Notes: generated from the letters alone by a model not told the origin. Counted from the whole stretch's first letter, positions 44,727-53,849 are shown. The stretch: 62,034 bases of DNA, filler included, from Deltaproteobacteria bacterium (GCA_030698575.1; 11 parts of 11 records of this genome joined end to end with filler, not necessarily neighbours in it), one strand, 5' to 3'. Made by a program: numbers and translations.

Positions 44727-44833
44727 TCCGTGTCGTAAGGGCTCCCGCCTTCGCCGAGCCGGCGCTTCAGCGCACGGACTGCCCTCCCTACCTGACGTGG
44801 TCCGCTCTTTCCCACACGCCCTGGCCTAATTCC

Positions 44834-44938
44834 CAGTCGAAGTGCGCTCGCGGCGGAACGCAGTACGCTCGCGGTGGGTCGGGGGGCGCTCGCGGCAAGA
44901 CGCAGTACTCGCGCGGACGAACGCAGTGCACTCGCGGC
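44834..44938. repeat. Five imperfect 21-bp tandem repeats running to the contig end
   Basis: Units resemble NNNACGCAGTRCRCTCGCGGC with a constant 21-bp period. Confidence 0.75.
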
Positions 44939-45074
44939 CGTANNNNNNNNNNNNNNNNNNNNNNNNNNNNNNNNNNNNNNNNNNNNTTAATTAATTAANN
45001 NNNNNNNNNNNNNNNNNNNNNNNNNNNNNNNNNNNNNNNNNNAACGGCCCCGCGGGACACCACCAACAGGAGGC

Positions 45075-45896
45075 ATGAGTATGGATTTCAGGCAGATGGC
45101 ACGATCAGCCCCCAACACGACATGGATGTTTATCACCCCGGAGATGGCGGCCTGGTGGCTCACTCTCAATACGCGGAACAGACCGATCAGATCGCGGGCA
45201 GCAATTGCGAAAATGGTTCGTGAGTTGCTCGCAGGGACGTATATCTCCAGCCACCAGGGCATCGCGTTTTACTCCGATGGCGTTCTGGCCGATGGGCAAC
45301 ACCGGCTGACGGCCATCGTCGAGGCCGGCGTGGCCGCCTTCATGCCGGTGACGGTTGGTTTGTCAGAGGCGACGGCGCCCTATATCGACGGGTCGCTGAT
45401 CATCAGGACCGTGGCGGAAGCGGCCACCATCGAGCACGGTCAGCGCGTGTCAAACGCCCATCAGGGGACACTCGCCGGGATGTTTGTCAGGCGTAAGAAG
45501 TGGTGGGATGACCTGACTCGGCAGGAGCGGATTGCTCTGCTCATCCAGCATTCGGAGACGATCATCACGGTGACCGCGTTGCTCGACACCGCTCCCGCAG
45601 GCGTGCGACAGGGGATCGTGGCGGGGGTCCTTGCGCGAGTGCTCTATGTGGTCGGCGGCGGAAAGACGATGCGGATCGGGTCGTTGCTGACCACGGGGGA
45701 GTCGCTCGGCGAAGGCGATCGGGTGCTGGTGCGTCTTCGGAATCTGCTCATCGCTACCCCGGGGTCGCGCATGGAGAAACACAAGCGATACAGCATCACC
45801 GAACGCGGGATTGACGCTTACCTAAAAGGCGAATCTCTCCAGATTATCCGGCCGGCAAAAGATGAATTGTTTCCGCTGCCCGACGAGGAGGCATGA
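45075..45896 (+). CDS. Phage-type protein with DGQHR (ParB/Srx-like) motif
   Basis: NTRNR, QGIAF...LADGQHRL; AGGAGG RBS. Confidence 0.75.
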   Translation: MSMDFRQMARSAPNTTWMFITPEMAAWWLTLNTRNRPIRSRAAIAKMVRELLAGTYISSHQGIAFYSDGVLADGQHRLTAIVEAGVAAFMPVTVGLSEATAPYIDGSLIIRTVAEAATIEHGQRVSNAHQGTLAGMFVRRKKWWDDLTRQERIALLIQHSETIITVTALLDTAPAGVRQGIVAGVLARVLYVVGGGKTMRIGSLLTTGESLGEGDRVLVRLRNLLIATPGSRMEKHKRYSITERGIDAYLKGESLQIIRPAKDELFPLPDEEA

Positions 45897-46024
45897 CCAT
45901 GGACAGAATCGCGGCGATGAAAGAGGCGCTCAAGGTCGAGCGGCAGATCCTCAAGGTCGAGGCGATCCTGGTGCAGTTGCGGTTGCGCCAGGCCGAGCTG
46001 CTGCGGGAGCTGGGCGGGAGCTGA
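45893..46024 (+). CDS. Small hypothetical phage protein (43 aa, helical)
   Basis: Below the ORF-track cutoff; GAGGAGG RBS and stop/start overlaps on both sides (MTMDRIAAMKEALKVERQIL...). Confidence 0.55.
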   Translation: MTMDRIAAMKEALKVERQILKVEAILVQLRLRQAELLRELGGS

Positions 46025-46158
46025 TGCTCTTCCGCTGGGCGAACGAGCGAGAGCTGAACAGCATGCCGACTCCGGAGGCGCTGGAGCTCGAGGGCTGGGT
46101 CCGGGTGCGGCGGCATCCGTTCTGGCCGCTGTCGTGGTTGATGCGGAGGGATGGATGA
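46024..46158 (+). CDS. Small hypothetical phage protein (44 aa)
   Basis: TGATG and ATGA coupling to its neighbours (MLFRWANERE...). Confidence 0.5.
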   Translation: MLFRWANERELNSMPTPEALELEGWVRVRRHPFWPLSWLMRRDG

Positions 46159-48840
46159 GCGAGTACGCGGCATTCCTAGCATCGAAGCGACGAGAGTGGA
46201 CCGGGGCCGGCGTGGCGATCCAGCCTGATACGCTTCCATCTGCGCTCTATCCGTTCCAGCGGGCCCTGACGGCCTGGGCATTGCGAAAGGGACGCGCGGC
46301 GTTGTTCGCCGATACCGGCCTCGGCAAGACCTTCATGCAGGTCGCCTGGGCCGAGCAGATCCCTGGCCGCGTCCTGATTCTCGCGCCGCTCTGCGTGGGA
46401 GCGCAGACCGTCAAGGAGGCCGAGAAACTCGGAATCGTCGTCTCGCCATTCGGATCTGGAGGACGTCTCGAAGTCCTCAACTACGAGATGCTCCACCACG
46501 TCACGCCGTCAGATTACGCGGGTGTGGTGCTGGACGAGTGTTTCATGGCCGGAACGCTGGTCGATACGGCTGACGGCCAGCGGCCAATCGAGAGCATTCG
46601 GCCGGGAGACGGCGTGCGGAACGTGACCGGCCTTGATCGTGTCGCGGCCGTCAAGACGCAGGATCTCTCTCGCCTCATCCGCATGACGCTATCCGACGGG
46701 ACGCAGATTCATTGCTCTGAGCATCATCCTTTCTTTAGCATGCGGGGCCTAGTTGGTGCTAGGATGCTAAAGAGGGGGGATAGACTTTATGGCACCGATG
46801 AAGCCCTGCGAATACTGCGGAGCCCCGCTCGCACCGGAGAAGAATCGTTTCTGCAATCGCTCGTGCTCCGCGAAATGGCGGATGCGCCAGCCGGAGATCC
46901 TGGCTCGGGTCCATTCGCCAGAGGTTGCCGCCAAACGGGGCCTCAAGCGTCGGGCGTGGCTCGCGTCGGGATCGACAAAGGCCAAGGCAGAAATCGCTCG
47001 GATCAGGAAACTCAATCCCTCGTTGCGGCCGGATGTGCGCGCGAAGATCTCGGCTTCACTGCGAGCGATGGGGCACCGGCCTGCCGTCAGAGGCGGAAAC
47101 GGGAAGGGTCCGACACTCCCACAGCGAGTGCTATTCGAGTTGCTCGGAGGCGGCTGGTATATGGAGTACGCGGTCTCGCTCGGCTCCAGGAGGCGTGGCT
47201 ATCCGACGTGCTACAAGGTCGACCTCGGCAACCCGTCGCTCATGCTCGCGGTGGAGGTAGACGGGTTCACGCACGGCAGTCGCCGGGATCAGGATATGAA
47301 GAAGGACACGCGGCTCATGGAGCTTGGGTGGCGCGTGTTGAGGTTCTCGAATCAAGAAGTCCTGAGTTCCGCGCACTTAGTGGTGGACAGGATACGGTCT
47401 CACTCTACGATCTCCAGGTAACGCGGCACCCGTCCTACTCCGTTTCCGGCCTGCTCGTCCACAACTCCTCTATCCTGAAGTCCTTCGACGGGCGCACGCG
47501 CGGGCGCCTCATCGAGATGTTTGCGGCCGTCCCCTATCGGCTGTGCTGCACGGCCACTCCCGCGCCGAATGACATCGCGGAGTTGACGAACCACTGCGAG
47601 TTCCTCGGGATCATGACGCGCGCCGAGATGCTCGCCACATTCTTCGTTCACACCGACGATGCGAACCACGGGCAGGCCGGGTGGCGACTCAAGCGCCACG
47701 CCCGAGAGGCATTCTACCGCTGGCTCGCATCCTGGGGTATGTTCCTGCGCCGCCCGTCTGATCTTGCCTTCTCCGACGAGGGATACGATCTGCCTCCACT
47801 GGAGGTCCACGACGTGATCGTGAAGAGCGGCGCGGCCTATCACGGCGAGTATCTGTTCCCCGGCATGGGGCTCGGCGGGATTCATGGGCGAATGTCGGCC
47901 CGCCGAGGTTCGCTCAAGCCGCGCGTGGACGCGGTCGTGTCGCTCGTGGAAAACACGCCAGGGGCCTGGGTTGTTTGGTGTGGATTGAACGATGAGAGTC
48001 GAGAGGTGGCGGCTAGGATTCCAGGGGCGCAAGAGGTTACTGGGTCCGATTCTTTGGAACGAAAGACTCGCGTGATCGAATGGTTTAGTGGTAAACTATG
48101 CCTATGCCAACACGCGAAGCTAAACTTGAGTACATGCGTAAATGGGCCCGACGCAACCGAGATCGAATCCGAGAGTATGTCCGAGCGAGGTCGAAGCAAA
48201 GGAACGCGCGCCGTCGCCGACGGTATGCTGAAGACACCGAGCATCGGGAAGGGATCAAGGCTGACGTCAGAAGGTGGCAACATGCGAACCCGGCAGCGAG
48301 ACTCCGACAACGGCTCAGGTGCCATGGGCTCACCCTGGAACAATTCTACAAACTTCTCGATTCGCAAGGGGGTAGCTGCGCCATCTGCTTTAAGCGAGCA
48401 GCCCGTCTCCGGGTTGACCACGACCATGAGACCAAGAGAGTTAGAGGTTTACTCTGCAACTCCTGCAATCTCGGGCTGGGAAAGTTCGGAGATAACGCAG
48501 AGCTGCTCGGGCGAGCTGCCCTGTATGTGCGGACATCGAAGCGGGCGGCGCATCCTCATAACTAAGCCAGCGATCTTTGGTCACGGTATGAATTGGCAGC
48601 ATTGTCACCAGATGGCCTTCCTCGGCCTCGGGGATAGTTACGAGACCTACTACCAAGCGATCCGGCGCTGCTGGCGTTACGGGCAGACGCGGCCCGTAGC
48701 CGTCCATGTCGTCGTGTCGGAGGGAGAAACCGAGATCGTGGCGAACGTCAGGAAGAAAGAACAGGAGGCCGGTCGCATGGCCGAAGGACTCATCAAGGCC
48801 GTCCGGGACATGGAACGCGAAGAGGTCGGCATGACGGTGC
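46155..48840 (+). CDS. Phage SNF2-like (SF2) helicase with an intein and a second insertion, 3' partial
   Basis: LYPFQ, ADTGLGKT, VLDE/SS, CTATPAPND, TKPAIFGHGMNWQH, YQAIRRCWRYGQ. Confidence 0.9.
46539..47465 (+). mobile_element. Intein (309 aa) inserted in the helicase Walker B motif (DE|S)
   Basis: Block A CFMAGTLV, block B CSEHHPF, block F YDLQV, terminal HN followed by Ser +1. Confidence 0.92.
46789..47421 (+). CDS. Vsr/DUF559-like endonuclease with N-terminal Zn finger, nested in the +1 frame of the intein
   Basis: CEYC...FCNRSC, RAKIS, YKVDL, LAVEVDGFTH, DMKKD, GWRVLRFSN. Confidence 0.85.
   Translation: MAPMKPCEYCGAPLAPEKNRFCNRSCSAKWRMRQPEILARVHSPEVAAKRGLKRRAWLASGSTKAKAEIARIRKLNPSLRPDVRAKISASLRAMGHRPAVRGGNGKGPTLPQRVLFELLGGGWYMEYAVSLGSRRRGYPTCYKVDLGNPSLMLAVEVDGFTHGSRRDQDMKKDTRLMELGWRVLRFSNQEVLSSAHLVVDRIRSHSTISR
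48098..48565 (+). CDS. Endonuclease VII-family (HNH-like) nuclease nested in the +2 frame of the helicase
   Basis: HGLTLEQFYKLLDSQGGSCAIC, VDHDH, VRGLLCNSCNLGLG. Confidence 0.88.
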   Translation: MPMPTREAKLEYMRKWARRNRDRIREYVRARSKQRNARRRRRYAEDTEHREGIKADVRRWQHANPAARLRQRLRCHGLTLEQFYKLLDSQGGSCAICFKRAARLRVDHDHETKRVRGLLCNSCNLGLGKFGDNAELLGRAALYVRTSKRAAHPHN

Positions 48841-48940
48841 NNNNNNNNNNNNNNNNNNNNNNNNNNNNNNNNNNNNNNNNNNNNTTAATTAATTAANNNN
48901 NNNNNNNNNNNNNNNNNNNNNNNNNNNNNNNNNNNNNNNN

Positions 48941-49831
48941 ACTCGAGCAGCCGGGCGGCGGCGCGGCGGCGGAGCTTTCCAAGGGCCGTGCGCGGAAGGC
49001 TCTCCACGAAGCGGATCGAACGGGGAGTCTTGTAGCGGGCGAGCAGCCCGCCGCAGTGATCGAGAAGCGCGGCCGCGTCGATCGCCGTTCCGGCCCGCCT
49101 CACCACGAGGGCGACGGGCACCGCCCCCCAGCGATCGTCGGGCATGCCCAGGACGGCGGCGTCGGCCACGTCCGGATGGACGAGGAGCGCGCGTTCGACC
49201 TCCGCGGGATAGACGTTCTCGCCCCCCGAGAGAATCAGATCGCTCTCGCGCGCGAGGACCGTGATCGCCCCGGCCGCGTCCATGCGGCCGCGATCGCCCG
49301 TGTGGAGCCAGCCGTTGCGCAAGGCCCGCGCCGTTTCGCCCGGGCGATTCCAGTAACCCGCAGTCACGACCGCGCCCGCAACGCAGATCTCGCCCTCCTC
49401 ATCCGCATCGGCCATGCCCCCGTCCTCGCGCGCAATTCGGATATTCACGCCGGGGATCGCCGTTCCCACCGAGTCCCAGTGACTTGCTAGCAGACCCGGC
49501 GGGAGGGTCGCCACCTGGGAGGCACACTCCGTAAGGCCGTAGGTCGGCGACACGGGGACGCCGCGCGCGAGGGACGCTTCGACAAGCTCCTCGGGCGCCG
49601 GCCCGCCGCCGAGCAGGACGCAGCGCAGCGACGCGAAAGTGTCGTCGCTGCTCACCGCCGCGTAGAGCCGTTCCAGCATCGTCGCAACCACTGAGAGATG
49701 CGTGACGCGTTGCTCCCGCAAGAGTCGGAGGTAGATCGCCTCGTCGAAGCGATCGGCGACGACGACCGCGCCGCCGAAGAGCACCGCGCGGAGGATGATG
49801 GCCAGCCCGCCCACGTGATAGAGGGGAAGGC
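48941..49831 (-). pseudogene. menE: O-succinylbenzoate-CoA ligase-like adenylate-forming enzyme, lacking its N-terminal part
   Basis: LPLYHVGG, YGLTECASQ, TGDRG, SGGENVYP, LPRTALGK; similarity stops abruptly near 49831. Confidence 0.7.
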
Positions 49832-50616
49832 TTGATGACCCCGGAACCCGTCCAAACCCAGGGCAGCGGCCCGACCGAGCGCGTTCTCTACATCCACACG
49901 GATCACCTCGGCACGGCGCTGCAACTGACCGACGCCAATCAGCAGGGGGTGTGGGAGGGAAAGGCCGAGCCCTTCGGCAAGACCACGGCAACGGCCGTGA
50001 ACACTGTCTACAACCTCCGGTTTCCGGGGCAGTATCATGATTCGAAAACCGGGTTGGACTATAACTGGTTCCGCACTTACGACTCGACGATGGGGAGATA
50101 CCGCGAGACAGACCCAGTTGGGCAGGCCGGGGGGATCAACGTCTATCAATATGCTGCCGCCAACCCGCTGTACTGGCTCGATTTCGATGGAAGGACGGTG
50201 CGCATCAAATCCAGGAGCGTACGGCGTACCGGGCCGTTTGGAGCACACACCTACACAGAGGTCTCAGATGCATCAGGGACCGATTCGTATGGCAGCTATA
50301 AAATAATCGAGACGAAAACGAGGTTCGTAAGAATGATCCTTCGGACTCCGGCCTAAACCGGTTGCCGGTCACGAGTTCGGTAGAAGTTCCGCCGCCGCCG
50401 GGGATGACACAGGAGCAGTGGGACAAGGCAGTGCGAGATGTCGCAGAGAGATGGATGCGATACCCGCGGCAGGTTTACGAAGCAGCGCCGGATGCAGGTC
50501 AACCCGCCGAAGGCAACTGTCACACGACCACGCGTGGAATCTTGGAAGATGCGGGTGGGTCGGGCCCGAGCGAATACAACCCGTTAGGTGCCAACCCCGG
50601 ACTGCACTCCCGATAG
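49832..50616 (+). pseudogene. RHS core C-terminal fragment plus toxin domain, frameshifted near 50300
   Basis: HTDHLGT, NLRFPGQY, YNWFRTYD, NPLYWLDFDG; one extra A in AAAA (50300-50303) would join it to the 50362-50616 frame. Confidence 0.8.
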
Positions 50617-50662
50617 CCCTGTCTCGGTTTTGATCACTGGAGTCCCTGCTGGGAGGTTGAAT

Positions 50663-50956
50663 GTGACACGAGGCTTGGTTGAGTATTTTGGGGTGGCCCT
50701 GGTGGGTGCGGCCTCTTCAGGCTGGTACCTAATGACCAGTTGCGATCGGGTCGCAGAAATTACTGGCTATTCTGTTGCCTTCTGGATCCCGGCGATCATC
50801 GCCCCCGCGCTGTTTACTAGCTTGGATCTCGCTCTGATCAAGTGGCGACCTGAGCTCGCCGTGCGACCGGTGTGGTTGGTGGCGCTTGTTGCAGGTGTAG
50901 CCGCGGCGGCTCCACCTGCGTGGACGCTGTGGGCGATGTCTCAACCTGGCGCCTGA
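50663..50956 (+). CDS. Small membrane protein, candidate immunity protein
   Basis: GTG after GGAGG, three hydrophobic segments, directly downstream of the RHS toxin tip. Confidence 0.5.
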   Translation: MTRGLVEYFGVALVGAASSGWYLMTSCDRVAEITGYSVAFWIPAIIAPALFTSLDLALIKWRPELAVRPVWLVALVAGVAAAAPPAWTLWAMSQPGA

Positions 50957-51039
50957 GCCGTCCGGCGAAGCCCCGCTGCTTCCGCGCTCGTAAGCTTCCC
51001 CGTCAAGTAGACAATTCAAAAGTAGAGTTTTCCAGCTCT

Positions 51040-51224
51040 TGACGTTGGTCCCATAAGGAGACAGTTCCAAGCTAGAGAAGGGCGCCTTCATCGGTCAGTT
51101 GGCCCTGACCTTGCCGAGCATACTCGTTCGGCGTCAGGTTGCCGAGCGAGCCGTGCGGACGAATCTGATTGTAGTCGATGCGCCAGGCTTCAATCTTCGC
51201 CTGCGCATCGGCAAGCGTCACGAA
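51040..51224 (-). mobile_element. IS3-family remnant (transposase C-terminus and terminal repeat)
   Basis: Minus strand reads [35 protein letters not shown]; end sequence TGACGTTGGTCCCATAAGGAGACAG at 51040; a second IS3-like end may lie near 50989-51013. Confidence 0.8.
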
Positions 51225-51460
51225 CTTGATGTCCTCTTTGCTTCGACCGCCTCCGTGCAGAACGATCAGGAGAGGGACGGGCGAAGCGGGACGGGCGAAG
51301 CGGGAAGGCCGAAGGGGAGATAGTAGTCGAAGTAGCGGGTAACGCCCCCGTGCTGCAGCGTTACGTTCTCGACGAGCGTGCCAAACTGGGCGAGGGCGGC
51401 GGCGGGAAGGATCAGGACGCCGGCGAGCACGGCGGCCAGCGCGCGCATGATGCGGATCAC
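51225..51460 (-). pseudogene. N-terminal fragment of a secreted esterase (LpqC/PHB depolymerase-like)
   Basis: Signal peptide; removing the 14-bp duplication (51277-51290 = 51291-51304) restores [12 protein letters not shown]; truncated by the IS3 remnant. Confidence 0.65.
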
Positions 51461-51687
51461 GATGGTGACTCCGGGAACGGGTTTCGGCCGGGCAAGGACA
51501 GTCTACACGAAAGGGCTCAGGCTTGATTCATCCCTGGGTGTTTTTAGAGATGCAAGGAGCGAGGCAAAGAAGCAGTCCCCTGCGCGCTCATCGCCCTCGC
51601 AAGCCGCGGCCGGCTCGCGCGTAGCGCGGCGGAAGGCGGCAGTCATTCGCGATGGAACACCGCCTCAGGAATCCCCGCGCCTTTCGA

Positions 51688-52035
51688 TTACCTGATTTCA
51701 GCGAGCGACCGGATGATCTCGGGTCTGAGCTTCGCCGGCTCGATGATCTCTTCCAGTGACCCTACCTTCAGCGCCCGCTCGACCGTATGGATAGCGTCGA
51801 ACTCGGCGGCAACCTCGGCTTGATACTCGAGCATGACCTCCTGAACCACACCCGCCAGGCGTGCACGCAGGAGCGTCCGGGACGCGGGATCGGTCGACCG
51901 TTCGACCTCGGCGCTCATGGACTTCACGCGGGGATCGGAGTTCGCACGCTTCCGAACCTCCCGGGAGAAGACGACCTTTGCCGCCGCTGTTCCCCCGATG
52001 ACCGACGCGTAACAGCCCGTGAGCGCCGTGGCGCG
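51688..52035 (-). CDS. C-terminus of a carboxyltransferase domain (fused acyl-CoA carboxylase type), 5' partial
   Basis: YASVIGGTAAAKVVF...AEFDAIHTVERALKVGSLEEIIEP. Confidence 0.75.
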   Translation of the reverse strand, partial: RATALTGCYASVIGGTAAAKVVFSREVRKRANSDPRVKSMSAEVERSTDPASRTLLRARLAGVVQEVMLEYQAEVAAEFDAIHTVERALKVGSLEEIIEPAKLRPEIIRSLAEIR

Positions 52036-52135
52036 NNNNNNNNNNNNNNNNNNNNNNNNNNNNNNNNNNNNNNNNNNNNTTAATTAATTAANNNNNNNNN
52101 NNNNNNNNNNNNNNNNNNNNNNNNNNNNNNNNNNN

Positions 52136-52501
52136 GTGCACGGGTATCTGACGGAGCGCGTGGACATCGAGCGCACGGCCGCGGTCAACGTCGATCTGTT
52201 CCTGCGCTACTTCGAATGGAATTTCGCGGCACGCGAGAAGATCCAGGCCGGACGCATTCTGGACATCCGTTACGATGACCTCACGGCCGACTCGGTCGGC
52301 ACCATCCGCCGGATCTACGATCACTTCGGGTTGAAGTTTCATGAGGGTTTCGAAGCGCGCCTCGTGAAGTGGCTGGCGGAGCGGCCCCAGCACAAGTTCG
52401 GCAAGCACGTCTATGCAGCGGAAGACTTCGGCATGACCGACGCGCAGCTGGCGGAGCGGTTCAAGGCGTACACCGAACGCTTCCTCGCGCGCCACGATTG
52501 A
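52136..52501 (+). CDS. Sulfotransferase family protein, C-terminal part
   Basis: DIRYDDL...IRRIYDHFG, KHVYAAEDFG. Confidence 0.7.
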   Translation: MHGYLTERVDIERTAAVNVDLFLRYFEWNFAAREKIQAGRILDIRYDDLTADSVGTIRRIYDHFGLKFHEGFEARLVKWLAERPQHKFGKHVYAAEDFGMTDAQLAERFKAYTERFLARHD

Positions 52502-52551
52502 CCTTTGCGGCTCGGCTGATCCCCGCTCACTACCCCTCGGGAGGTGAAAGG

Positions 52552-53154
52552 ATGGCCCCGCCAACGACAGCTGAGCGATTCGATCAGCTTCACGCCGCCC
52601 ACCGGGACGCGATCGCAGGTTACCTGCGCCGGCTGACGCGAAACGAAGCGCTAGCGGAAGATCTCACCCAGGAGGCCTTTCTTCGTGCCGGGCGAGGGCT
52701 CGCGGGGTTCCGTGGCGAGTCCAGCCCATCGACGTGGATCTACCACATCGCGACCAACGTCTATCTGGATCACCACCGCCGGCGAGCGGCCCGAGGGCGG
52801 AAGGCCGAGGCCGGTGCACTTCCCCTGGAAGACCTGCCCGACTCCCTGATCCCCTCGACCCCGGCGCCACTTCTCCCTGACCGACTGTTCGAGCAGTCTG
52901 AGATGGGCAGCTGCGTCCGTGAATTCGTCGATAGCCTTCCGCCCGAATCTCGTGCGATGATCGTCCTCCACGATCTCCAGGGCCTCACCAACGCCGAGAT
53001 CGCACGCGTGTTCGACTGCTCCCTCGAGAATGTCAAGATCCGCGTTCACCGTGCCCGCCAGAAGCTCAAGGCCCTCCTGTCCGAGCACTGCGACTTCGAT
53101 CGCGACGGCGACGACGTCCTCCGCTGCGACAGGAAGCAACCCCCTGGGGATTGA
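52552..53154 (+). CDS. ECF RNA polymerase sigma factor with Cys-containing C-terminal extension (SigZ-like)
   Basis: AEDLTQEAF, TWIYHIATN, VKIRVHRAR, tail CDF...VLRCDRK. Confidence 0.9.
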   Translation: MAPPTTAERFDQLHAAHRDAIAGYLRRLTRNEALAEDLTQEAFLRAGRGLAGFRGESSPSTWIYHIATNVYLDHHRRRAARGRKAEAGALPLEDLPDSLIPSTPAPLLPDRLFEQSEMGSCVREFVDSLPPESRAMIVLHDLQGLTNAEIARVFDCSLENVKIRVHRARQKLKALLSEHCDFDRDGDDVLRCDRKQPPGD

Positions 53155-53327
53155 TCCTCATCCAGACCATTCGCTGAGAAAGTCGGCGCATCCCCGCGGA
53201 GGGAGCGCCGCGTATCCCTTCCCTTCTTTTCACGTCTTAACAAGCGAGGCCCGGAACGGGCGCCGGTGGCCAGTACCGATGCGCGGGGCAACGGTCCGGC
53301 CGTCGGCCGCAACGTAGGAGGTTCCCG

Positions 53328-53849
53328 ATGAAAGAGAACGAAGCACTGATCAACAAGGAGAAGGCACTCGTCGCGCTGTCTGCCGCCATGGGCGCCGGCT
53401 GCCGCACCTGCGCCAAGGGGCTCCACCCCATGGCGCAGGAGGCGGGCGCCACCAACGACGAAATCGAGCGCTCCCTGAGGGTGGGAGTGGAGATGCGCCA
53501 GTACGCGACGACCACCGTGCGCCGGGAGGTCGACGCCCTGCTCGGGAGACAGTTGCTCGAGGAGAGCGTGCCCTGCACGCCGACGGAGCTCCGGCTCGAG
53601 GAGCTTTGCCGTGTCGCAGCCGCCGTCGGCGCGAATTCCTCTCCCGACGCCCGCCGTCACATCGAGGCCGCGATCGCGGCCGGATCGACCGAGGCCGGCA
53701 TTGAACTGGCCATGGCGCTCGCCCGCAAGGTTCGATCGAAGGCAGCGTCCTTCTCGGACAGCGAGATCGGAGAATTCCGGCACGAGAAAGCGGAGCATCG
53801 AGAGGCCGGCGAGGATCGAGGCGAGGGTGCGGCCGAGGGCCGCCCCTAA
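53328..53849 (+). CDS. Carboxymuconolactone decarboxylase/AhpD-like protein
   Basis: KEKALVAL...GCRTC...H...AGAT, followed by a second degenerate repeat; AGGAGG RBS. Confidence 0.75.
   Translation: MKENEALINKEKALVALSAAMGAGCRTCAKGLHPMAQEAGATNDEIERSLRVGVEMRQYATTTVRREVDALLGRQLLEESVPCTPTELRLEELCRVAAAVGANSSPDARRHIEAAIAAGSTEAGIELAMALARKVRSKAASFSDSEIGEFRHEKAEHREAGEDRGEGAAEGRP

Larger units (their letters stand above)
43391..44778. repeat. REP-like repeat family (consensus CGCCGAGCCGGCGCTTCAGCGCACGGA) in both orientations
   Basis: Forward copies at 43391-43417, 44159-44184, 44752-44778; interrupted copies at 43545-43595 and 44320-44369; reverse-type copies TCCGTGCCCTAAAG(G)GCCGGCTC from 43476, 43660 and 44271, each followed by CGTCCTGAAGGACG. 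Confidence 0.85.

Noticed and set aside
43391-44778. Repeats as a possible CRISPR array
   Set aside because: Both orientations, irregular spacing, variable sequence and no cas genes; they fit REP elements beside a Y1 transposase
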